From: a virus
Length of the DNA stretch: 64,000 bases
Virus record (IMG/VR): IMGVR_UViG_3300049137_000145
Span: 29,477 to 93,476 of that record
Reading direction: 5' to 3' (one strand)
A program made the position numbers and the translations under genes. This document shows, one piece after another, positions 43,867 through 52,008 of this stretch. Every line of letters starts with the position of its first letter. Positions within the stretch are counted from its first letter, which is position 1. The notes beneath the pieces were generated by a model. That model was given only the letters and a program-made list of their open reading frames with translations, was not told the origin of the DNA and did no database searches.

Positions 43867-44847
43867 ATGTCCCTTGCCGTGTCCCCGAGGATGTCCCGGG
43901 ACAATACCGACCCGGCGCAGCGCGTGACGTTCATCGCGCTCATCACCGCCTGCGCCGTCATCACTGTGCTGACGGCCGCCGCGTTCTGGCTCTCCTACGC
44001 CCACCTCGCCGAGGTGGCTCGGGAGCACGGCCTGGGCCGCTCACCGGCCCGTCAGTGGGCCTGGCCCGCCACGCTGGACCTGTTCATCGTCGCAGGTGAA
44101 GTCCTCATGTTCGTGGACGCCCTGCGCGGCCGTAAGGGCCGCGAGGCGGCCGGGCCCATCTTCCTGACCGTGGCCGGCTCCCTGGGCTCCATCGGCCTGA
44201 ACGTGGCCGGTGTCGGCATGCACGCCCCGGTGCTGGACTACGTCGTCGCCGCTGTGCCGCCCACGGCCGCGCTGCTGGCCTTCGGCGCCCTCATGCGCCA
44301 GGTCCACCACTTCATCGTGTCCCTGTCCCCTGCGCAGGCTGTCCCCGGGGACACGGGACAGAGCGATGTCCCGGGGACCGTGTCCCCCTCACCGGTTGTC
44401 CCTGGGGACACGTCCCCGGTCAAACAGGCGGCCGTGTCCCCCGCTCCTCGAGACACTGTCCCCCCTGTCGTGTCCCCCTCGCCGGCTGTCCCGGAGCCTG
44501 TCCCGGCGGTCGTGTCCCGGACCCGCGCCGCTGTCCCGGCCGTGTCCCCCTCGCGTCCCTCGGTCCATATCCGGCTGGACAAGACGCCCGAGGAGATCAA
44601 GGTCGACGGGGACAAGGAAGCGGGGTCCGTCCCGGCCGTGTCCCCCGCGAGGGACGCCAAGGTCGATGTCCCCGAGGACAAGCTGGGCAACCTCTCCGCC
44701 ATCGTCCGCTTCCTGATGGAGACGGGACACAGCAAGGAAGAGATCCGAACCATCGTCCCCACCCTCACGGGACACGAGGACGTCAAGCCGGACAGCCTGA
44801 AGAAGGCGATCCAGCGGGCCGCGAAGGCACTTGCGGAGGAGAACTGA
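43867..44847 (+). CDS. DUF2637-like membrane protein (actinomycete plasmid Spd/transfer-associated type) with V/S/P-rich linker
   Basis: N-terminal 4-TM region ...FIALITACAVITVLTAAAFWLSYAHLAEVA...WAWPATLDLFIVAGEV...; family recall is from memory. The central region is encoded almost entirely by TGTCCC/GGGAC-containing codons. Confidence 0.7.
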   Translation: MSLAVSPRMSRDNTDPAQRVTFIALITACAVITVLTAAAFWLSYAHLAEVAREHGLGRSPARQWAWPATLDLFIVAGEVLMFVDALRGRKGREAAGPIFLTVAGSLGSIGLNVAGVGMHAPVLDYVVAAVPPTAALLAFGALMRQVHHFIVSLSPAQAVPGDTGQSDVPGTVSPSPVVPGDTSPVKQAAVSPAPRDTVPPVVSPSPAVPEPVPAVVSRTRAAVPAVSPSRPSVHIRLDKTPEEIKVDGDKEAGSVPAVSPARDAKVDVPEDKLGNLSAIVRFLMETGHSKEEIRTIVPTLTGHEDVKPDSLKKAIQRAAKALAEEN

Positions 44848-44945
44848 CGCAGGCACCCTTGATTTAGGTAAAGCCCTGCCGGGGACAACCCTGGTGGGGC
44901 TTTCGCCCTTTCAGACCCAGGAATCAGGAAGAGAAGGAACCCGGA

Positions 44946-45506
44946 ATGAGCCGTATCGGACAAAACCACCCTGACAACCCGTTCAGCGCAGCCGGCCGGG
45001 CGAAGGGACAGACCGGCGAACAGCTCCAGGCCCGTGGCCTGGACGGCCAGGGCAACCCGCTCCCGTCGCAACCGGTCAACGGTGCTGGTCACAAGCCTCA
45101 CAGGCCGTCCGCCGCGCGCAGCCAGAACATCTCCCAGCTCGCCCAGTCCATCGGCGATCTGGAGCTGTCCAACCAGGACGACCTGCATGCCTTCTGTGAG
45201 GCGTACCGGGCCATCCTGAACTATCTCGCAGTGTCGGCGAAGCTGGCAGAAGGCCAGCTCAAGGCCGCTGCACGGGCCAACGCCAAGCAGGCCAAGACCG
45301 GCTGGATGACGCCCGCGCAGCGGCTCAAGCTGCACTCGACGCTGCGGCAGGTCGGCAAGGATCTCGACGCCATCGCCAACTCCTGCGTCTCCGGATCGGC
45401 CGGCGCCGTCAAGGCGTGGCGGCGGTTCGAGGCCCTGCTGGACGACCTGGAGACCGACAGCCCCACCCGCCGTCCCGGCGGCCGTTCCGGCTTCACCGTG
45501 GTCTAG
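44946..45506 (+). CDS. hypothetical protein (186 aa)
   Basis: Listed ORF with leader CAGGAATCAGGAAGAGAAGGAACCCGGA. Confidence 0.6.
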   Translation: MSRIGQNHPDNPFSAAGRAKGQTGEQLQARGLDGQGNPLPSQPVNGAGHKPHRPSAARSQNISQLAQSIGDLELSNQDDLHAFCEAYRAILNYLAVSAKLAEGQLKAAARANAKQAKTGWMTPAQRLKLHSTLRQVGKDLDAIANSCVSGSAGAVKAWRRFEALLDDLETDSPTRRPGGRSGFTVV

Positions 45507-45520
45507 GGGCGGTGGACAGC

Positions 45521-47530
45521 ATGAGCAGCACTCGTATCAGGGGATATGCCCTGTTCAACGTGCCCGAACGGGTAACGTCGTACGTCCTGCCGTGGGCCAT
45601 CGTGGGCGCTGCCTGGCCGCTGGCCCTGGTGCTTCACCTTCTCGTCGGCGACAGCCCGCTGTGGATGGCCTTTCTCGCCGTCGGGTTCACCTACCTGGCG
45701 TACGTCACCTGGTCGACGTGGGCCGTGCGCCGCCAGGAGACCCGGGTCATGGTCACGGTTTTCGTCACGGCTGTCCTGACCTGGGAAGTTTTCGCTGTCA
45801 CCGTCCGCCCCTGGCAGGCTGACGTGGCCAAGGCGTGGGCGCTCGGCGGGCTCGTGCTGTCCGTCGCCTGGTGCGTGCGCCACGCGGCCCTGTCCGGCGT
45901 TCGCGACGCCGACAAATCGCAGGTGGAAGGCGGAAACGACGGCCTGCTGGCCAAGGTCCGGGCGTTCAAGGACGCACGGGTCGGCAAGATCACCGAGTCC
46001 CCGGACGAGCTGCGCGCCCGGGTCCACCTGGACGCCCCGACCACGGCGAAGGAGGCACAGGACGCCCGGGAGCAGATCGCGGCTGTCGCCGGCGTCGGTG
46101 CCGACCAGGTGAAGGTGCTCAAAGTCGCAGGTCACGAGGGTCAGGTGGACGTCGCATTCACCCGGGCGCGAGGAGAGTTCAAGCCCGCCGTATGGACGGG
46201 CCCGCGTCACCTCGGTGCGTCCATCGCGGACGCACCGATCTGGCTCGGCAAGCGCACTGACGGCAGCGACATCGACTGGTGGATCGTCGGCTCCGAGGAC
46301 GAGGAAAACCCCAGGCCACTGGCCCACACGAAGTGCACCGGCGTGTCCGGTGCGGGCAAGACGGAGACCATCTGCACCGCGATTCTCCAGATGCGCGAGC
46401 GCATCGACGTGGTGCCGGTGGTCGGCGACCCGGCCAAGTTCCAGCAGTCCTTCGGCGACATCGAGGAGGTGCTGGGCCTGGCCGCGAAGACCCGGGAAGC
46501 CACCGAGCAACTGGTACGCAATCTCATCCCGCTCATTGAGTACCGTGCCGGCCTGTTCGGGTCGCTGACCAGGGCCGATGGCGGCAAGGGCTACAAGCAG
46601 TGGGTGCCCGAGCTGTACGCCTTGCACGGCATTCCGGCAATCTTCCTGGACATCGAGGAGGCCACCGACGTACTGCCTGTGGTGGACGAGGAAGCCGACG
46701 AGGCCATGCGCAAGCTGCGGTCGGTCGGCGTGCACTTCTGCGCGTCCGCGCAGACCATGCCGCACGACAACGTCCCCCGCAAAACCCGAGGTCAGCTCGT
46801 GCAGTCCCTGGCCCACGGCCAGAAGGAATACCAGGACGCCAAGTACGCCCTGGAGGCGAAGACGCTGGAGGCCGGCGCCGACCCGACCAAGTGGGCCAAC
46901 AACGCCCCCGGTTCGCTGTATGCCGAGGTCACGGGCACGGACGAGGCGCACTGGCCTATCGAGGGCCGGGTGCCGCGTATGAAGGCGGCCGACCGCGAGG
47001 AGATGAAGCAGGTCACACGCCCGTACTGGGCGGAGCTGGACGAGGGGTCCTACCGGATCCTCGCCCGGGGCGTCGTGGACGAACAGACCGAGGCCGTTCC
47101 GGTGGCCGTGGAGGCAACCCTGGAGGACGACGTGGACACCGACTTTGCGCAGGTCAGCGACCTGAGCACGATCAGCGCCGACGGCATCGACACGGGCGAG
47201 CCGCTGGCCGCTCCGCGCGGGCTGTCGCTCACCTTCGCCGACCCGGTGAACGAGGACCGGGTCAGCGACGAGCAGGCGCGGGCGGAGCTGCTGCACCGCA
47301 TCGACGTGCTGGCCAGCGCGAACCCGGGAGGTTCCGTAGAGGTCACGTTCGCCGATCTGGCCGACCTCCCCGAGCAGGTGCAACGCTCCCGGGGCTGGGT
47401 CTACAAGCAGCTTGAGCGGCTGTCTGACGACGGCGTACTGCGCCGCCTGACCCCGCCGAACACCCGGGCGGTCTACGCGACGACCGGCTCTGTCTCCGTG
47501 GACACGGAGCTGGTGGAGGCAGCCGGCTGA
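45521..47530 (+). CDS. traB: FtsK/SpoIIIE-family DNA translocase, TraB-like
   Basis: N-terminal TM segments, Walker A GVSGAGKT, Walker B IFLDIEEA and a C-terminal winged-helix-like WVYKQLERLSDDGVLRR. The start is at MSSTRIRG. Confidence 0.85.
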   Translation: MSSTRIRGYALFNVPERVTSYVLPWAIVGAAWPLALVLHLLVGDSPLWMAFLAVGFTYLAYVTWSTWAVRRQETRVMVTVFVTAVLTWEVFAVTVRPWQADVAKAWALGGLVLSVAWCVRHAALSGVRDADKSQVEGGNDGLLAKVRAFKDARVGKITESPDELRARVHLDAPTTAKEAQDAREQIAAVAGVGADQVKVLKVAGHEGQVDVAFTRARGEFKPAVWTGPRHLGASIADAPIWLGKRTDGSDIDWWIVGSEDEENPRPLAHTKCTGVSGAGKTETICTAILQMRERIDVVPVVGDPAKFQQSFGDIEEVLGLAAKTREATEQLVRNLIPLIEYRAGLFGSLTRADGGKGYKQWVPELYALHGIPAIFLDIEEATDVLPVVDEEADEAMRKLRSVGVHFCASAQTMPHDNVPRKTRGQLVQSLAHGQKEYQDAKYALEAKTLEAGADPTKWANNAPGSLYAEVTGTDEAHWPIEGRVPRMKAADREEMKQVTRPYWAELDEGSYRILARGVVDEQTEAVPVAVEATLEDDVDTDFAQVSDLSTISADGIDTGEPLAAPRGLSLTFADPVNEDRVSDEQARAELLHRIDVLASANPGGSVEVTFADLADLPEQVQRSRGWVYKQLERLSDDGVLRRLTPPNTRAVYATTGSVSVDTELVEAAG

Positions 47531-47545
47531 GGCGGTTGACGGGAA

Positions 47546-47580
47546 GTCGGGGCGGGCATCAACCTGGTGCCCGCCCCGAC
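47546..47580 (+). terminator. 13-bp GC hairpin after the traB-like gene
   Basis: GTCGGGGCGGGCA-n9-TGCCCGCCCCGAC. Confidence 0.65.
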
Positions 47581-47581
47581 G

Positions 47582-47760
47582 TCTGCCACGGTGTCTGTCA
47601 CGACTTTCCAAGATCCATCACGGACATCTGTCGCGGGCGTCACGGACGTCCGTCACATCTGCCACGGACATCTGTCTCGGCGTCAGCCACGGGACCGCCA
47701 GGCCTCCGGCCTTGGTTCTCTCCCGCTCGGCGGTCGCCGTGACACGACCACGGACCACTG
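47582..47760. repeat. array of CACGGAC(ATCTGTC) repeats
   Basis: Copies at about 47586, 47619, 47640, 47662, 47687 and 47748. The core is CACGGACATCTGTC, which contains the GACA..TGTC dyad. Confidence 0.75.
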
Positions 47761-47782
47761 ACACAGGAATGAGGAACAGGTC

Positions 47783-48187
47783 ATGACGCGGAAACTGACA
47801 TGCATGGAAGGCCGTTGCGGAGCCGCCCCGGTGATCACCAAGCCGGTACCGCTGTGCTCTGTGCACGGCCTGGACGTCGCCTCTCAGGTCGTCTCCGGAG
47901 TGCTGCGCAGCGCGGTCGTCGCGGCCCGCCGGAACGCCCCGAATCTCACCGCCCCTCCCCCGGTCCGGCTGACTCAGGCGGAGGCGTACCAGGTCGCCGA
48001 CGAGTACCTGACCAAGCTGAAGGCGCAGGGCCGGGAGCACTTCGCTTTTCGGGACGTGCGCGACGTCGTCCCGCTCACCGGCAAGTCCCGGAGCTGGGTG
48101 TACGCGTGGCTGGACAAGCGCGCCAACGAAGGCGTGCTTGTCCGGGACGACCGCCACGGGCAGGCCGGCTACCGGTTCGCCGCGTAG
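47783..48187 (+). CDS. putative DNA-binding protein (134 aa)
   Basis: Listed ORF. The N-terminus has CMEGRC...LCSVHG and the C-terminus has a wHTH-like SRSWVYAWLDKRANEGVLVR. Confidence 0.55.
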   Translation: MTRKLTCMEGRCGAAPVITKPVPLCSVHGLDVASQVVSGVLRSAVVAARRNAPNLTAPPPVRLTQAEAYQVADEYLTKLKAQGREHFAFRDVRDVVPLTGKSRSWVYAWLDKRANEGVLVRDDRHGQAGYRFAA

Positions 48188-48232
48188 GGGTTGTGCGGCC
48201 ACTGGAGAAATGGTTTAGTTAAATCAGTCTGG
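48187..48232 (+). promoter_or_regulatory. conserved phage promoter
   Basis: GGGGTTGTGC: -35 at 48191-96, spacer 17 nt, -10 TTTAGT at 48214-19, followed by TAAATCAG. Confidence 0.7.
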
Positions 48233-48258
48233 ACTGCCGACCAAGGAACGAGGGATCC

Positions 48259-48558
48259 ATGACCACTCGATTGACCACCGTCGAATCCCTGTACGCCGCG
48301 TACGCCGAGCGGATCGCAGCTACCGTGCGGCTCGACGCGACCGAGTACAGCGCCACCCCTGACGGACTCGCCACGCTCCTGCGGGACACAGCCAGCCGTC
48401 TCAGCCCCGTCGACCCCAACCGCGAGTGCCTGGGAGAGGCCGCGTGCAGCCTGGACGCACTTTCCCGGTTCGAAGGTGCAGGCCGTGTGACGCAGGCACT
48501 CCTCCGGAAGGTCGGCAAGAACCTGTACGAAGTGACCGGGGAGCTGGAGGCTCACTGA
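48259..48558 (+). CDS. hypothetical protein (99 aa)
   Basis: Listed ORF with leader GACCAAGGAACGAGGGATCC. Confidence 0.6.
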   Translation: MTTRLTTVESLYAAYAERIAATVRLDATEYSATPDGLATLLRDTASRLSPVDPNRECLGEAACSLDALSRFEGAGRVTQALLRKVGKNLYEVTGELEAH

Positions 48559-48705
48559 CCGTCCCGGCTCGACCCCGAAACCCCGAAGCCTCGGAGCCGC
48601 AATGGCCCGGGGCTTCGTCGTCTGATTGGCCGCCCGGCCGCTGTGGTACACCTAATTCAGGGCCGCGACTGCGGCCCACTGCCCAAGGAATCAAGGAAGC
48701 TGACC

Positions 48706-49119
48706 ATGGAGATAGAGCGGAGGCATGCCCCGGTCCCCGGCGAGCTGCTGGAGTACCTGAAGGCCAACCCGTCAGCCGCGCAGCAGGCGGCGGACGGTGG
48801 AGTCCACGTCCACGTGCACCACCACTACGCGGCCCCCGAGCCGGCCGTCCCTGCCGGGGCGGTCGTGCACCAGGGCCCGGAGAAGACAGCGGCGGAGAAG
48901 GTGGTCCCGTGGCTGTACGTCGCACTGCTGTCCTGCGTCGTCCTGACGCTGTGTGCGCTGGTGTTCGCCATGGTGGCCGTCGTCGTGGTGGCCATTCTGG
49001 CAGCGGTGATCGTGCTCGGCCTGGTCGCCGCGTACATCATCAACGCCCAGACCGGGGCCGTGGAAGCGCGGACCAGGGCGGCGGAGGCGCTGAACAAGGG
49101 CAAGCACAAGAGGCGGTGA
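48706..49119 (+). CDS. membrane protein (137 aa, 2 TM, His-rich HVHVHHHY)
   Basis: Internal ATG after CCCAAGGAATCAAGGAAGCTGACC. Confidence 0.6.
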   Translation: MEIERRHAPVPGELLEYLKANPSAAQQAADGGVHVHVHHHYAAPEPAVPAGAVVHQGPEKTAAEKVVPWLYVALLSCVVLTLCALVFAMVAVVVVAILAAVIVLGLVAAYIINAQTGAVEARTRAAEALNKGKHKRR

Positions 49120-49141
49120 GGCTCGTGGCACCGCCGACCCG

Positions 49142-49175
49142 GAGAACCCCGGACCCGACGAGGGCCGGGGTTCTT
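49142..49175 (+). terminator. hairpin with T tract
   Basis: GAGAACCCCGG-n12-CCGGGGTTCTTT. Confidence 0.65.
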
Positions 49176-49193
49176 TGCGTTGAGGGGTTGTGC

Positions 49194-49240
49194 GGTCGCC
49201 GGGCGGATGGTTTAATTAAATCAGTCGGGAGGGATCCCGG
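49194..49240 (+). promoter_or_regulatory. conserved phage promoter
   Basis: GGGGTTGTGC: -35 at 49198-49203, spacer 17 nt, -10 TTTAAT at 49221-26. Confidence 0.7.
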
Positions 49241-49248
49241 CGGACAAC

Positions 49249-49401
49249 TCCACAGAGAGCAGGCCTCCCGTACGTGCTGGCTGTACGGGCGTAACCATGG
49301 GACTGACGAAGCCGAAGAGGGCGCGGAGAGCACCCGCGATACTGGGCAGACCCCCTCAAGGATCACGTAGCACCCGCCATGGCAGCCCTGCTCTCTGTGG
49401 A
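49249..49401 (+). ncRNA. structured leader / candidate ncRNA closed by a 15-bp perfect helix
   Basis: TCCACAGAGAGCAGG (49249-63) pairs with CCTGCTCTCTGTGGA (49387-401). An inner hairpin is CCCGTAC-n9-GTACGGG. There is no convincing ORF between promoter 49194 and the 49431 start. Confidence 0.45.
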
Positions 49402-49430
49402 ACCCGGCCCACCGAACACGGGAGACCCCA

Positions 49431-49748
49431 GTGCAGCGCATGAGCGCAGATCAGGAAGACCGGCAGTCCGTTGCACAGTTCGGCTGCACCGTGCAGGACG
49501 TCTACGACCGGTTCAGCGATGTGCTTGACGAATGCGGCGTTCGGGCAAAGCGATACGGACCGAACCGTGGCGGTTCCGCGACGGACCGTCAGAAGGCCTG
49601 CCTCCGGTCGCTGCTCACGCAGCACGCCGGATCGGAGACGGCAGAGGCAATCCGGAACTACTTCAATTGCTGCCGTTTGGTCCGCCGTCCGATCAGCTTC
49701 GGCGACGTGGCAGAAGCCATCGAGGCACTGCGTGGCCTTTCCGACTGA
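49431..49748 (+). CDS. hypothetical protein (105 aa)
   Basis: Listed ORF with start at GTG 49431 or ATG 49440. Confidence 0.55.
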   Translation: MQRMSADQEDRQSVAQFGCTVQDVYDRFSDVLDECGVRAKRYGPNRGGSATDRQKACLRSLLTQHAGSETAEAIRNYFNCCRLVRRPISFGDVAEAIEALRGLSD

Positions 49749-49779
49749 CCCGCCCCGCCGACCACGGAACGAGGAAGCG

Positions 49780-50451
49780 ATGACCAGCACCGTCGACCTG
49801 AGCGCCGTCACCTGGACGCCCCCGGCCGAGGTCACCTGGCACAACGACCTCCTGATCAACGGCGAGACATACCCCACGCGCCACCCGGCCCCCGGCGGTG
49901 AGCCGCGCAGCGATGCGTACATTGGAGACCTGACCCACGCACAACGGGACGCCATGCGGGCCGCCCACGAGGCGGCCCACGCAATTGCCGGGCTCGCATT
50001 CGGAGGCCACGTTCACTCCGTCATGTTCCGCACCACCGAATCTCTGCGGACGGACGAGCAGATGGACGGGAGCACCATCAGCGGAGACGTGAAGGTGTGT
50101 AACCTCCCTGACGGCTTCGCTCTCGCCACGTTCATGGGTGCCGGCGAACGCGCAGAGGACAGGTGGCTGCGTGAGCACGGGCTGTGGACCCCGACCCGGG
50201 CCGCCGGTGTTGAACTCGGGGCCTACGGTGACCGCCGCGTAGTCCTCGACAACAACCCCCACATCGGTTTCGGCAGCGGACAGGATTACAGCACCGTCCA
50301 CGACCTCGCTGACCACTTCCTGAGCGAGCACTGGACGCGCGTGCTCGCAGTAGCCTGCGAACTGGCCGCCAGGCTTCGCCTGAGCGGTGACGAGGTGGCC
50401 GACCTCGCCGGGCTGCCGAACGGCACGCACTCCCCCACCTGCGCGTACTGA
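49780..50451 (+). CDS. putative zinc metallopeptidase (HExxH)
   Basis: Internal ATG after GACCACGGAACGAGGAAGCG. Motif AAHEAAHAIAG. Confidence 0.55.
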   Translation: MTSTVDLSAVTWTPPAEVTWHNDLLINGETYPTRHPAPGGEPRSDAYIGDLTHAQRDAMRAAHEAAHAIAGLAFGGHVHSVMFRTTESLRTDEQMDGSTISGDVKVCNLPDGFALATFMGAGERAEDRWLREHGLWTPTRAAGVELGAYGDRRVVLDNNPHIGFGSGQDYSTVHDLADHFLSEHWTRVLAVACELAARLRLSGDEVADLAGLPNGTHSPTCAY

Positions 50452-50488
50452 GCGACACCCTTACCACCGACTAAGGAACGAGGAAGCT

Positions 50489-50674
50489 ATGGACGCCGAG
50501 GACCCCGTCCGCGTACGTGCCCGTGAGGAGATCACCGAGCTTCGGATGTCCGTGGAGTACTGGAGGGAGCGTTCCGGTCTCCCCGGTGGAGCCGGAAGGG
50601 CCGCGCGCAGGGCCTACTGCAATTGCCTGGCGGCATTGTGGCGAGCCGAGGCCCTGGCCGGCCCGGCCGCCTGA
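50489..50674 (+). CDS. hypothetical protein (61 aa)
   Basis: ATG after GACTAAGGAACGAGGAAGCT. Confidence 0.5.
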   Translation: MDAEDPVRVRAREEITELRMSVEYWRERSGLPGGAGRAARRAYCNCLAALWRAEALAGPAA

Positions 50675-50709
50675 CCCCGCATTACCACCGACCAAGGAAT
50701 GAGGAACCC

Positions 50710-51105
50710 ATGACCGCAGCGAACCCTGGACAAGTCCACGTCGTCTCCTTCGGCTACGGCCACGGCGACGCCCCTGCCGCCCACCTGACCCTGGACCTGC
50801 GCCACCACTTCCGGGACCCGCACGTCCGCCCGGAGATGCGCGAGCTGACCGCCGTGCACCGCCTGGTCCGCCGGACCGTTCTCGGCACCCCGGGCATCAA
50901 GGCCCTGCTGACCGCGACGGTGCGTGCCATTCAGGCGTACGACTCCGGGCCGTCCGCTCAGGCCACAGTCGTGGCGGTCGGCTGCGTCGGCGGCCGGCAC
51001 CGGTCCGCCGTGGCGGCGGACGCCCTCGCGCGCCGCCTGCGCCGCCGGGGCCACGAGGTCACCGTGGAGCACCGCGACCTGCACCGCCCAGTCATCGCCC
51101 GCTGA
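50710..51105 (+). CDS. RapZ/YvcJ C-terminal-domain-like protein (131 aa)
   Basis: HLTLDLRHHFRDPH...LTAVH...VAVGCVGGRHRSAVAADALARRLRRRGHEVTVEHRDLHR resembles the RapZ C-terminal ...IGCTGGKHRSV...HRD (from memory). Confidence 0.6.
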   Translation: MTAANPGQVHVVSFGYGHGDAPAAHLTLDLRHHFRDPHVRPEMRELTAVHRLVRRTVLGTPGIKALLTATVRAIQAYDSGPSAQATVVAVGCVGGRHRSAVAADALARRLRRRGHEVTVEHRDLHRPVIAR

Positions 51106-51154
51106 ACCCCGGTTACCGGGTGAGAGACGTCTCAGGTCTGAACCGGTTGGAAAT

Positions 51155-51186
51155 GAAGCCCCGGAGCCACACGGCCCGGGGCTTCG
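51155..51186 (+). terminator. hairpin
   Basis: GAAGCCCCGG-n10-CCCGGGGCTTC. Confidence 0.6.
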
Positions 51187-51255
51187 TCGTGCGGTGATTC
51201 GGCGAATCCTCGGTACCGTTCCGGCGCCTGAGTGGACCACGGAACGGAGGATGCC

Positions 51256-51963
51256 GTGACAGCACCGCTACTGGTGATCGTCCCGACGAGGGGCCGCCCG
51301 CAGAACGCCGCCCGGCTGGTGAAGGCGTTCGAGGAGACCGACTCCCTCAACGCGGAGCTAGTGTTCGTCGCCGACCAGGACGACCCCGAGCTGCCCGCCT
51401 ACCACGTCACCACGCCCCGGCTCCTGATCCACCGGGACGAGACCGGAACGGGCATGGTCGCCGCACTCAACGGGGCCGCATCGCTGTACGCCGACATCTA
51501 CGACGCCATCGGGTTCATGGGTGACGACCATCTGCCGCGCACAGCCGGGTGGGACGCCCATGTGCTCGGTGCGCTGAACTCCCCGGAGCCCCGCATCGTG
51601 TACGGCAACGACCTCTTCCAGGGCGAACGGCTGCCGACGGCCGTCTTCCTGCCGTCCCGGGTGGTGCGGGCGATGGGGTTCATGGCGCCGCCCGTGCTGC
51701 GGCATCTGTACGTCGATGATTTCTGGCTGGAGCTGGGCCGACGCCTCGGCGGGCTGCGCTACCTGCCTGACGTCATCATCGAGCACCTGCACCCGGCAGC
51801 GGGCAAGGTCCCCATGGACGCGGGCTACGCAGCGGTCAACGCCCCCGAGGCCGACGTGGCCGACCGTCTGGCGTGGATGGAGTTTCGGGACGGCGACGGC
51901 TTCTCCGCCGCGCTGCGAGCCATCCGGGAGGAGTACAGCCGTGATGCACACCCGACTGTGTGA
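51256..51963 (+). CDS. glycosyltransferase-like protein
   Basis: GTG start after CCACGGAACGGAGGATGCC. N-terminal LLVIVPTRGRPQNAARLVKAF...FVADQDDPE has a GT-A-like start. Confidence 0.6.
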   Translation: MTAPLLVIVPTRGRPQNAARLVKAFEETDSLNAELVFVADQDDPELPAYHVTTPRLLIHRDETGTGMVAALNGAASLYADIYDAIGFMGDDHLPRTAGWDAHVLGALNSPEPRIVYGNDLFQGERLPTAVFLPSRVVRAMGFMAPPVLRHLYVDDFWLELGRRLGGLRYLPDVIIEHLHPAAGKVPMDAGYAAVNAPEADVADRLAWMEFRDGDGFSAALRAIREEYSRDAHPTV

Positions 51964-52008
51964 AGCCCCGCCGGCCGCTGGCCAAACGGCACGGACAGGG
52001 GTACTCCC

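Noticed and set aside
43565-44790. Could the GGGACA/TGTCCC array be a CRISPR array?
   Set aside because: The repeats are only 6-12 bp with irregular spacing, there are no unique spacers of constant length, and no cas genes are present.
45503-47611. 702-aa minus-strand ORF.
   Set aside because: It is an antisense shadow of the TraB/FtsK-like gene.
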